The notes beneath the pieces are model-generated. The model was not told where the DNA came from. It saw nothing but the letters and a program-made list of their open reading frames with translations, and made no database searches. Positions 48,653 to 58,285 of a DNA stretch of 64,000 nt are shown here, piece after piece. Source of the stretch: Candidatus Latescibacterota bacterium (lineage in GTDB: Bacteria > Latescibacterota > UBA2968 > UBA8231); NCBI GenBank assembly GCA_965206595.1, contig OZ242214.1, positions 736,001-800,000 on the forward strand, given 5' to 3'. The first letter of the stretch is position 1. Every line of letters starts with the position of its first letter. The translations under genes and the position numbers were made by a program.

Positions 48653-51600
48653 GGAGTGATCGCCCGCACGCGTCAGTACAGGCCCCGGGTGAGCGATCTC
48701 AATCAGTGGTTGTGGGTTGAAGTCACTTATACCGACGACTATACCGACGATTCCGGCCGGCACCGAGTAAGCGCGACGACGTCGAGGGCGGTGGGACCGG
48801 GCCCCCCGTGCGCCCCCGCCAACCTGAAGGCGGCGCCCGGGGACGGGCAGGTGACGCTGACCTGGGAGGCGGGCTGCGACAACGGGGGGCCCATCGACAG
48901 GTATCAATACCGTCGTCCGGACGTGCGGAAATGGGTGCGGGTGCCCGGGGACGGCTCGGCCCGTCGTCAGCAGGTGACGGGCCTGACCAACGGGGAGGCG
49001 CACACGTTCGAGGTGCGGGCGAGGAACCGGCAGGGGTGGGGTCCTGCCGCCCAGGCCACGGCCACGCCCGCGGCGGCGGAGTCTCCTCCTCCCCGCCGCC
49101 GCTGACGGTCACCTACGGAGCGTCGTCCTACGCGGCGCAGGAAGGGGGCGAGGCGGCGACGGTGACGGTGCGGCTGTCGGCGTCGGCGTCGGAGGCGCTG
49201 CGCATCCCGATTGCGGTCAATCCCCGGTCGGGAGACTTCACGGTGGCCGGGCTGACGGACGGGGGGCTGTCGTTTTCTTCGGGCGCGGAGCGGCAAACGT
49301 TTACGATCGCGGCGAACCAGGACGACGACTGGGACGACGAAGAGGTGACGCTGGGTTTCGGCACGCCGCTGCCGGAGGGGGTGAGCGCCGGCGATCCTGC
49401 CCGCGCCACGGTGACCCTGTTCGACGACGACGATGCGCCCGGGGAGGTGACGGTTAGACCGGCGACGGCGCAGGTGGGCACGGAGCTGACGGCGACGCTG
49501 AGCGACGCGGACGAGGTGGCAGAGGTGACGGGCTGGCAGTGGCATCGGCGGGCCTCGGATCAGGCGGCCTGGACGGCGATTTCGGGGGCCACGGCGGCGG
49601 CGTACACGCCGGTGTCGGCCGATGCAGGGCAGTACCTTCAGGCGACGGTGGGCTACACGGACGGGCACGGCCCGGACAAGAGCGCCGAGAGCGCGGCCAT
49701 CGGTCCGGTCCAAGCGACGGGTCCGACGGAGCGGACGGTCTGGTTTGGTAAGGAGTCGTATGAGGCGAGTGAAGGGGGCGCCGCCGAGACGGTGACGGTG
49801 CGGCTGTCGCGGGCGGCGACCGAAGTGTTGCGCATTCCGATCTCGGTAGACCCCCGGTCAGGGCCTTTCACCCTGGCGGGCCTGGGCACCGACACCACGC
49901 TGACCATCGCCTCGGGGATTTCCGGGACGTTTACGATCAGGGCGGATCAGGATGCCGACCGGGTAGACGAGACCGTGGCGTTGGGGTTCCGCGATCTGCC
50001 TTCCGGGGTGGTTGCGGGCACGCCGTCCAGCGCCACGGTGACTCTGATCGACGACGACGAGTTGCTCATTGTGGGAGCGAGCGATACGACGTTCGCCGAG
50101 AACGGCACCGGGGTCGTGGCCACGTACACGGCCACGGACGCGAACGGCCACACCGTTACGTGGTCGATCCATGCGGATGGGCAGCGTCCGGCCAATGCCG
50201 ACAGCACCCATTTTTCCATGGGGTCACGGAACGGCCAGTTGACGTTCCGGGCGACCCCGGATTTCGCGGCCCCGGATTTCGAGGACCCGGACGATACAGG
50301 CCATGACAACGTCTACCTCGTGACCGTGCAGGCGACGGACAACGGGACTCCGCCGGCTTCCACCCTGCATGACGTGTCCGTAAGGGTCACGAACGTGGAT
50401 GAGCCCGGACAGATTGAGTTCCGGTCGACAAGGCCGGAGGTGGGGGTACAGCTGCTGGCGGCGGTCACCGACCCGGACGGGAACGTGGACGTCCGTTCGC
50501 AGCAGTGGGAGCGTGAGGACGGTAACGGCGGCTGGGAGGACGTGGGCCAGGCTTCCGAAAGGGACCATTCGCCGCCGTCGACCTATCCGGGGCACGTGAC
50601 GTACACGCCGGTGACGGCCGACGTGGGCAAGAGGCTGCGCGTGACCGTCGGCTATCTGGACGGGGCGAGCGCCGACGATCAGGACCGGGAGAGCGTGCAG
50701 AGCGATGAAATGCATCCGGTCGTTGCGACAGCTCCCCCGCCTCCTGTCCGGCGGCTGGAGATTCTGGGCGCGGCCGACACGACGTTCGCGGAGCGGGCCA
50801 CGGGCCTGGTGGCTCCCTACGTGGCCCGGTACACGGACGGCACGGCGGCCTCGTCGGTCACCTGGACGCTGTCCGGGGCCGATGCCAGCGACACGCTGGC
50901 CCTCAACGGGGACGGTGAGCTGCGCTTCACGAAGGAACCGGACTACGAACACCCGAAGGACGCTGACGGGGACAACGTCTGGAGCGTGATCGTGGAGGCG
51001 GCCGTCACCGGTCCTCCGGCCATGGATACGACGTTGGCCGTGTCCGTTCGTATCACGAACGAGGACGATCCGGGAACCGTCTCGATGTCGCCGAATACCC
51101 CCCAGGTGGGCCAGACGGTACTCGGCACCCTGATCGACTCGGACGGCGGCATCGATCAGTCCCAAGTTGACTGGATCTGGTTTACGGTGCAGGCCGGCCG
51201 AGAGGCGCGCGTGGATCCCGGCACGGGTGCGACGAACCCGTATCTCGTCCCGTCCAGCGCGGCCGGTCATGCGTTGCGCGTCCGCGCGGAATACGACGAC
51301 GCCCATGGGCCCGGCAAGATGGCGACCAGTTCGCCGTCGAAGACGGTCAAGCCCCGTCGGCTGCGCGTCGAGTTCGATCCGAACAGCTATAACGCTGTCG
51401 AAGGCGGCGACGCCGTGACCGTCACGGTGCGGATGACCCCGGCGGCCGACCGGTTCGTGCATGTGCCGATCCGGTTCCAGCCTTCGTCCGGAGACTACTC
51501 CGAGACGCTGGGCAACAACAACCGGCTGTCGTTCGAGCTTGGAGACCGCACCAAGACGTTCACGATCACGGCCACGAGTGACTCGGACCGCGACGACGAA

Positions 51601-53959
51601 ACCGTGACCCTGGGTTTCGGAGACCTGCCGGCCGAGGTCGTCACGGGCACGCCGGCCAGCGCCACCGTCAATCTCGATGACACGACGCCGGCGCCGAACC
51701 GGCCTCCTGAGATCGACGATATGAGCGATCCGTCCGTGCGGGAGAACACCCCGTCCGTAGCCACCTTCACGGCCACGGCCACGGCCACGGACCCGGAAGG
51801 CCAGGCCATCACCTGGTCCGTGAGCGGGAACGTGTTCTCCATCGGTGAAACCAGCGGCGAGGTGAGCTTCCAGACGGCCCCGAACTACGAAAGCGGCACC
51901 ACTTCATACAGCCTGACCGTCCGGGCGACGGACACGGCGGGGGCGTCCGACACCGAGACGGTAACCGTGAACGTGACCGATGTCGACGAGCCGCCGGGGC
52001 CGCCGTCCAATGTGCGGGTGTCGGCGGCGGGGCGCACGAGTGTGGAGGTGGAATGGGACGCGCCCAACACCAGCGGACGGCCCCCGGTCACCGACTACGA
52101 CGTGCAATACCGGGCCTCGGGAAACTGGCGCACGCACTCGTTTTCGGGCACCGGGACCTCGACGACGATTTCGAGCCTTGATCCCAACACCGCGTATGAA
52201 GTGCAGGTGAATGCCACCAACGACGAAGGCACCAGCGGCTGGGCCGCCGGCAGCGGCCGCACCGACTGCGGTGCCCCGACGATCTCGGGTCCCACGTCCC
52301 AGTCGATCCCCGAGAACACCACCGCGGTGGCCAGCTATTCGCTCAGCGACCCGGACGGGGGCGGGGGCAGCTGGTTGCCGCTGGCGGGGACCGACGCGAG
52401 CTCCTTCCATTTCTCCTCCGGCACGCTGAGCTTCCGCAGCGCCCCCGACTACGAGACCGATTCCCGCCAGTACCAGGTCACGATCCGGGCCCAGGGCGGC
52501 TGCTCAAAAACCGCGAGCCGGGCGGTGACCGTCAACGTCACCAATGTCGTGACGCCGAGGCCGACCGTGACCTTGAGCGTGCCGTCCAGCGGCGGCCACG
52601 AAAACCTCGACGCCTCCTGGACGGTGCCGTCCAGCGGAGCCAGCATCACCGGATACGAGCTGCAATACTGTACCTCTGGCGCCCGCGACGACGGCGAGTC
52701 CCCCGCCAACTCCGGCGGCCAGGACCCTTCGGCGCGCGCCGTCTGCTCCACCAATTCGTTCGGCAGCGGCACCACCAGCACCACCTTGTCCGGCCTCAGA
52801 TCCGGCACCCTGTACTCGGCCACGGCGCGGGCCACCAGCAGCGAAGGCACCGGGGCCTGGTCCGCGCCCACGTCCGCCACCACCCGGTCCAACACCGCGC
52901 CAGTGATTTCAGGCACGGGGCGCCAGAATGTCAACGAGAACACCACCGCCGTGGGCACGTATACGGCCACCGACGCCGAAGGGGACGGCATTACCTGGGA
53001 CATCTACAGCACGGACAGCGACAAGTTCTCCTTCGCCTCGTCGGGTTCGAGTCTGACGCTGAGGTTCGAGTTGGCGCCGGATTACGAGAATCCCACCGAT
53101 GCGAATACCAACAACATCTATGTGGTCAGGATCCGGGCTACTGACGACGCCAACCCTTCGGCGAACAAGCAACAAGCTGATCAACGCCATCGTTCAGGAC
53201 ATCGGCCCGCCCAGCCGGATGACGGACGTGAGGGTGAGCGTGCCTTCGTCCGGGACGGGCAGACTCGACGTCAACTGGTCGGCCCCGGCCAGCGGCGCGA
53301 CCGTCACCGGCTACACCATGAAATACTGCTACGCTTCTTTTCGGTCGGAGGAGGATGCGCCGGAGGATCCGGACGACGAGGCGGCGCGTCAGGCCGTATG
53401 CGCGGAAACCACGGTCGGCCGGGTGACGAGCACGACGCTGACGGGCCTGCATGAAAACACCCTGTACACCGTCTTCCTGAAGGCCACCAGCCGTGAGGGT
53501 ACTTCCGGGTCTTGGTCTACGCCGGGATCGGCCATAACCCGCTCGGCCGCGGCCAAGGCCCTGGCCGCGCAGCTGGCCCTCACGGGCCTCGACGGTCTGG
53601 CCGCCCTGGCTGCCCCCAATCCGTTCAACCCCAGCACCACCCTCTACTTCCAGGTGCCGGAGAGCGGGGAGGTCTCCCTGGTCATCTACAACCTCGCAGG
53701 ACAGGTGGTCAGGACGCTGATCCCCGGACGCACCCTGAAAGCCGGCATATACGATGTCTTCTGGGAAGGACGTGACGAGCAGGGACGACCCGCGGCCCCC
53801 GGCGTCTACCTCTATCGGCTCACCGCTGGAGACAAAGCCATCGTGCGTAAAATGACCCTGCTGAGATGAGGGGGCCGCTTTGTCATCGGCCGGCGCACGC
53901 CGCCGGCAGGGCGGCGTTTCGCAGAGGCCGGCCAATCAGAAAAAAACTCCGCGGTCCCG

Positions 53960-54310
53960 TAAGGGCAGCCGGATCTCCAAGTGGCCGCCCGGGGCGGCGT
54001 CCGCCAAGGGGAGCACCGGCTACGCCTTGAGAGCGACGATCATGCACGTAGCCGAGTTGCGCCAGTCCCTGGTAGGCCGGCCACCCGTCGGTGACGCGGT
54101 CTGGTACGAGCCGATCTCCAGCACCCGCTTCAAGCTCAACGCCGAGATCCCGTCCTTGCCGGTAGCGAACAACCAGCAGGCGGTGAACCACACGCTCAGC
54201 AGCGTCCGGGTTCGGTCAAAGATCGTCCCCGCCGTCACCGAACTGCGCGCCCCACACTCGCAGCACATGAAGCGGCCATCGCCCAGGCGCCAACCGTTCG
54301 GGCATACCGG
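53960..54310 (-). mobile_element. Internally deleted IS1595-family transposase remnant
   Basis: Zn-ribbon CCECG..SVTAGTIF..TR, GISALSLKRVLEIGSYQT, then a jump to VTDGWPAY...YVH in another frame. Confidence 0.8.
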
Positions 54311-54334
54311 TGGCGTTGGCAACGGCGGTCAAGA

Positions 54335-54393
54335 AAGTGAGGTCAGGGCTGCGAACTCGAGCTGTGGCGGGGGTCGTCCCGGTGCGATGACGG
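54335..54393 (-). repeat. ~59-bp repeat copy 1, probable IS91-family transposase 3' end
   Basis: Near-identical to 61446-61503; encodes VIAPGRPPPQLEFAA. Confidence 0.65.
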
Positions 54394-54442
54394 GCATTGC
54401 CCTGCTCGGATTCCAGCTCTGACCGCGCCGCGGGGCAGGTGC

Positions 54443-54982
54443 TCACGTCTGCTTGTATCCAAGGCGGCTTCCCTCCAGCAGCGTATACAATCCCCATATC
54501 ATGATGAAGGCGCCGACGGCCGCGCTCACCGGCAGAACGCCGGCCTGACCGAACGCCTCCGCGAATAGCGCGGCTGGTCCTTCCAGCCCGGCACTCCGAA
54601 CGAGAACCACCTCCCTCGCGGCATCTACAAGTGCTGTCACCGTTGAGTTTGAGAAACCCGTGCCGGCGATGTATTTCGTGAATCCGTAGAGCAGGGCCGC
54701 GGCTGAGGCCGCATATCCAGTACTCCCCAGTGCCCGCAATGGAGAGACGAACACGTGCTCTCTCTCTTGACGAAAGCTCGCCAGAACCCGTTCGGTGAAA
54801 GCAGCTGACAGCCCTTCGTGCTCTTGCCTTGACAAGATGTCATCGAGCAGCCGGTCGGCGGCAAAGTCGCGGCTGCACGCGCTGCACTCGCGCACGTGTC
54901 GCTCGACGGCTCTTCTGTCGGCAGGCCTCAGTGCGCCAACAAAAAAATCTTCCACCAGCTCCTTGAATCGATGGCACTCCAT
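54443..54982 (-). CDS. zf-HC2 anti-sigma factor
   Basis: MEC...HVRECSAC (HxxxCxxC) and two TM segments; coupled to the sigma gene. Confidence 0.88.
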   Translation of the reverse strand: MECHRFKELVEDFFVGALRPADRRAVERHVRECSACSRDFAADRLLDDILSRQEHEGLSAAFTERVLASFRQEREHVFVSPLRALGSTGYAASAAALLYGFTKYIAGTGFSNSTVTALVDAAREVVLVRSAGLEGPAALFAEAFGQAGVLPVSAAVGAFIMIWGLYTLLEGSRLGYKQT

Positions 54983-55551
54983 CAGGTCACATATCCTTCG
55001 TCGATGGCGCGCGCTCTCAAGAACTGCTTCGCCCGATGCAGGTATGTCTTCACCGTACCCATCGGGAGGCCCATGATGTCCGCGATGTCCTTGTACTTCC
55101 TGTCCTCAACATAGTTGAGAGAAATAACCATCTTGTAGTGCGGCGGCAACTCATCCACCCAGCGCGCTACAGCCTCCTCCATCTCAGCCTTTTCGGCCTT
55201 GTCTTCCTTTACACTTTCGCCTGAGCTGGTTTCCCGGAGGTGCCATTCCCCTGTTTCATCATTCCACTGGACTTGATTGCTCCGGTGTCGGCGGCGCTGC
55301 AGCTCCCGAAAACAAACGCGACAGGTAATTCGGTAGATCCATGTAGAAAGCCTCGCTTCGCCACGAAACCGGTGCAGACCGCGCAGTACTCGGAGGAAAA
55401 CTTCCTGGGTCAGGTCCTCCGTCGCATCACTGTCTCCCGTCATGCGGTACACGACATTTGAGACCCTGGTCTTGTGTTCATCCACGAGTTCCGCAAACGC
55501 CTTTTCATCTCCTCGTCGACAGCGGCTGATGAGGGATCTTTCATCCTGCAC
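54982..55551 (-). CDS. ECF sigma-70 factor (SigW/RpoE-like)
   Basis: EDLTQEVFL, STWIYRI, YKDIADIMGLPMGTVKTYLHRA. Confidence 0.93.
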   Translation of the reverse strand: MQDERSLISRCRRGDEKAFAELVDEHKTRVSNVVYRMTGDSDATEDLTQEVFLRVLRGLHRFRGEARLSTWIYRITCRVCFRELQRRRHRSNQVQWNDETGEWHLRETSSGESVKEDKAEKAEMEEAVARWVDELPPHYKMVISLNYVEDRKYKDIADIMGLPMGTVKTYLHRAKQFLRARAIDEGYVT

Positions 55552-55598
55552 GGAGAGCTTCCCTGTGTGCGATTTATGCCGCAGTTTCCCTACTCATA

Positions 55599-55626
55599 TA
55601 GAGCTCCTGTCGCAGGAAATGTTTCA
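55599..55626 (-). promoter_or_regulatory. ECF promoter for the sigma/anti-sigma operon
   Basis: TGAAAC-N16-GCTCTA. Confidence 0.75.
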
Positions 55627-55650
55627 AAATGCCGTGCATTCATCTTCTTC

Positions 55651-55678
55651 TGAAACAAATCCTCCCTACCCCGCTCTA
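55651..55678 (+). promoter_or_regulatory. ECF promoter for the divergent membrane protein gene
   Basis: TGAAAC-N16-GCTCTA, with the same boxes and spacing as the divergent copy. Confidence 0.75.
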
Positions 55679-55750
55679 ATTGTGTCAAAAGCCGCACAAT
55701 TTTCCATTCCTGGTTTGTCCGGCGGATATAGTCGGACGAAGGAGTCAACC

Positions 55751-56164
55751 ATGACCGAGTTCGCAGTCATGTCAGTTTCGGTGCCCTTCGTTGCTTTAAC
55801 CGGTCTCTTCGTCTTTCTCACTCTGAGGAGTTACTTCGAGAGCAAGGTCCAGAGAGCCGCGATCGAGCAGGGCCAGCCGATTCCTCTCAGGCAGCCGACT
55901 GATGCTCGCAAACCAGCGTTGATCCTGATTGCGCTGGGCCTCGGCTACGGGATTGCCGCTTACCTGGCCGTGCCCGACGAGGTTGCCCTTACTGCGAGTG
56001 TTTGGGGTATCATCCCCCTATTAATCGGCATTGGCTTGTTGGTATTCCACTATCTGAAGGTCAAGGAGGACAGGTCGGACGGGGAGAAATCCGAGGCTGC
56101 CGGAGGCATCGCGGCGGCAAGCCCGCCAGCGACCCGTTCCGCATCGGATCCCCAGGACGCATAG
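55751..56164 (+). CDS. DUF6249-like three-TM membrane protein
   Basis: AAGGAG RBS; AAIEQG, LILIALGLG, GIIPLLIGIGLL. Confidence 0.75.
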   Translation: MTEFAVMSVSVPFVALTGLFVFLTLRSYFESKVQRAAIEQGQPIPLRQPTDARKPALILIALGLGYGIAAYLAVPDEVALTASVWGIIPLLIGIGLLVFHYLKVKEDRSDGEKSEAAGGIAAASPPATRSASDPQDA

Positions 56165-56238
56165 GGTTTTAGATTGAACGGCGCTGTCGTTGAAGCTGAA
56201 ACAGGCGGCGGGGCCGCTCGGCGAGCGGGTGGTTTCCC

Positions 56239-56282
56239 ACTACTGTCACGGAGGACTACTGTCACCGAGGACCACTGTCATG
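56239..56282 (+). repeat. 16-bp tandem repeat (~2.7 copies) over RBS/start
   Basis: ACTACTGTCACGGAGG ACTACTGTCACCGAGG ACCACTGTCATG. Confidence 0.8.
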
Positions 56283-57410
56283 AAAATCCAGAAAATCCAG
56301 GCCTTCCCCCTGGCTTATCCCGAGCCCCACTACAAGGGCATCGAACGCTACATCACCCTCGTCCGTATCGAGGGCGAGGACAACCAGGTCGGCTGGGGGG
56401 AGTGCATATCGCAATTTCGCGAGGCGGCCCTGGCGAGCAAACTCATCGCCGAGCAAGGCTTGGCCCCTCTCCTGATCGGCGGGAACGCCCTCGATGTCGA
56501 ACGTCACTGGCATGCGATGCGCGGCCACGTCTGGTGGTACGGTCCGGAGGGCATCGCCGCCTTCGCCATCAGCGCCATCGACATGGCCCTGTGGGACCTC
56601 GCCGGCAAAGCGCTCGGACAACCCGTCTGCCGGCTGCTCGGAGGGCAGCTCCACGACAAGGTCGTCGCCATGGCCTCGTTCATCTTCGACATGGAAGACG
56701 TCGACTGGACCCTCGACGAGTTTCGCTGGCTCAAATCGCAAGGCTACGGTGTGGTCAAGGCAGGTTGGGGCATGCGGCCCGAAGCCGTCTTCGGGCTCGA
56801 CCGCAACAAAGACATCGAGATTGTCCGCCGCACCCGCGAAGTCATCGGCGACGAAATCGAGCTCGTCGTCGACACCCCCGGCGCGCGCAATATCTGGGAC
56901 CTCAATACCGCGATCCAGCGCTTCCGCGACCTGGAACCCTACCGCCTGCGCTGGATCGAGCAGCCCCTGCTGCCCTCGGACCTCGACGCCCACGCCCGGC
57001 TGCGCGACGCCACCTCGACGCCGATCGGCACCGGCGAGGACGAATGGGACCTGGACAGCTATCGCCGCCTGATCCATTCGGGCGGCGTCGACGTGATCCA
57101 GATGGATCCGGGCCGCTGTCACGGCATCACCGGCTGCCGCCAGTATATCAGGCTGATCGAGGCGGAGAACCTGCAGTGGAGCGCCCATACCTGGAGCGGC
57201 GCGCTCAACACCGCGGCCAGCCTGCACCTGATGGCCAACTCGACCCACGGGGTCGCCCTCGACTTCAAACCGCACGAGTCCCCGATGCAGCACGAGCTCG
57301 TCGCCGACCCCTGGGTGCAGGAAGCGGGCCATCTCGCCGTCCGCGACACACCCGGTCTCGGCGTCGAAGTCAACGAAGAGATCGTCGAGAAGTACCACTT
57401 TGAATCCTAG
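56280..57410 (+). CDS. Mandelate racemase/muconate lactonizing enzyme family protein
   Basis: GWGE, SAIDMALWDLAGK, LVVD, WIEQP, GTGED. Confidence 0.92.
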   Translation: MKIQKIQAFPLAYPEPHYKGIERYITLVRIEGEDNQVGWGECISQFREAALASKLIAEQGLAPLLIGGNALDVERHWHAMRGHVWWYGPEGIAAFAISAIDMALWDLAGKALGQPVCRLLGGQLHDKVVAMASFIFDMEDVDWTLDEFRWLKSQGYGVVKAGWGMRPEAVFGLDRNKDIEIVRRTREVIGDEIELVVDTPGARNIWDLNTAIQRFRDLEPYRLRWIEQPLLPSDLDAHARLRDATSTPIGTGEDEWDLDSYRRLIHSGGVDVIQMDPGRCHGITGCRQYIRLIEAENLQWSAHTWSGALNTAASLHLMANSTHGVALDFKPHESPMQHELVADPWVQEAGHLAVRDTPGLGVEVNEEIVEKYHFES

Positions 57411-58200
57411 ACGCGCGCTGATCACCGGCGGGGCCGGCGGCTTCGGCCTGGGCACCGCCAGGGCCCTGCTCGCCCAGGGCGCCCAGGTCGCCATCGCCGA
57501 TATCGACGGCGAAAAACTGGGGGCGGCCGCCGATGAATTGAACAGCGACCGCGTGCTGGCCCTGGTGCTCGATGTCACCTCGCGGGCATCCGTCCAACAG
57601 GCCGTTGCCGCCTGCCGGACGCGCTTCGGGGGTCTGGACACCCTGGTCAATTCCGCCGGTGTCATCCACATCGGCTCCCTGGAAGAAACCACCGAAGCGG
57701 ATTGGGACCGGGTCATCGACATCGACCTCAAGGGGGTTTTTCTCTGCTGCCAGGCCGCGGCCCCGCTCCTGCGCCAGAGCGGCCGGCGCGGCCGCATCGT
57801 CAATATCGGCTCGGACGTGTCGAAGATCGGCAGCGCGCTGATTGCCTCCTATTGCGCCGCCAAGTTCGGCGTCGTCGGCCTGAGCAAGGCGCTGGCCGGC
57901 GAGCTGGCCCCCGACGGCGTCACCGTCAACTGCGTCTGTCCGGTCGGCGTCTCGACCACCGGCATGGGCGGGGACGTGCTCGCCTTCAAACAACGGACCA
58001 CTGGCGCGGCGCCCGCGGCGATCCTCGCGGCGACCGCGGCGGACATCCCCCTCGGCCGCAACCCCACCGAGGACGACGTCGTCAACGCCATCATGTTCTT
58101 CCTCGCCGAAGAATCGTCCTTTCTGACGGGAGTCGCGCTCGATGTCGATGGCGGTCTGCTCAGCACCTCGACCCTGCCCGGCGTCGCCGATGGCGAGTAG
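57400..58200 (+). CDS. SDR family oxidoreductase
   Basis: TGGAGGFG, NSAG, YCAAK. Confidence 0.92.
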   Translation: MNPRRALITGGAGGFGLGTARALLAQGAQVAIADIDGEKLGAAADELNSDRVLALVLDVTSRASVQQAVAACRTRFGGLDTLVNSAGVIHIGSLEETTEADWDRVIDIDLKGVFLCCQAAAPLLRQSGRRGRIVNIGSDVSKIGSALIASYCAAKFGVVGLSKALAGELAPDGVTVNCVCPVGVSTTGMGGDVLAFKQRTTGAAPAAILAATAADIPLGRNPTEDDVVNAIMFFLAEESSFLTGVALDVDGGLLSTSTLPGVADGE

Positions 58201-58285
58201 AGGAAAGTGCCAATGTCCCGTCGCAGAAGCATGCAGGGGTCTCGTCGTGACCGCGGCAAGGGAGTCGGATGCGGGATAGAGCTGT

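Larger units (their letters stand above)
43100..53869 (+). pseudogene. Second giant surface protein (M6 protease C-terminal part, cadherin/FN3/Calx-beta-like repeats, C-terminal FlgD-like domain), disrupted
   Basis: EYFLVENRQ...GLLIWHV...VDLIEAD...DPFPG (M6 tail); PDFE/PDYE and NVDEPG cadherin motifs; FN3; APNPFNPSTT...RKMTLLR. Broken by IS256, IS630 and frameshifts at ~49090 and ~53167. Confidence 0.85.

Noticed and set aside
56244-56281. Pho box (CTGTCA repeats)
   Set aside because: Period is 16 bp, not 11 bp, and lacks AT-rich spacers.
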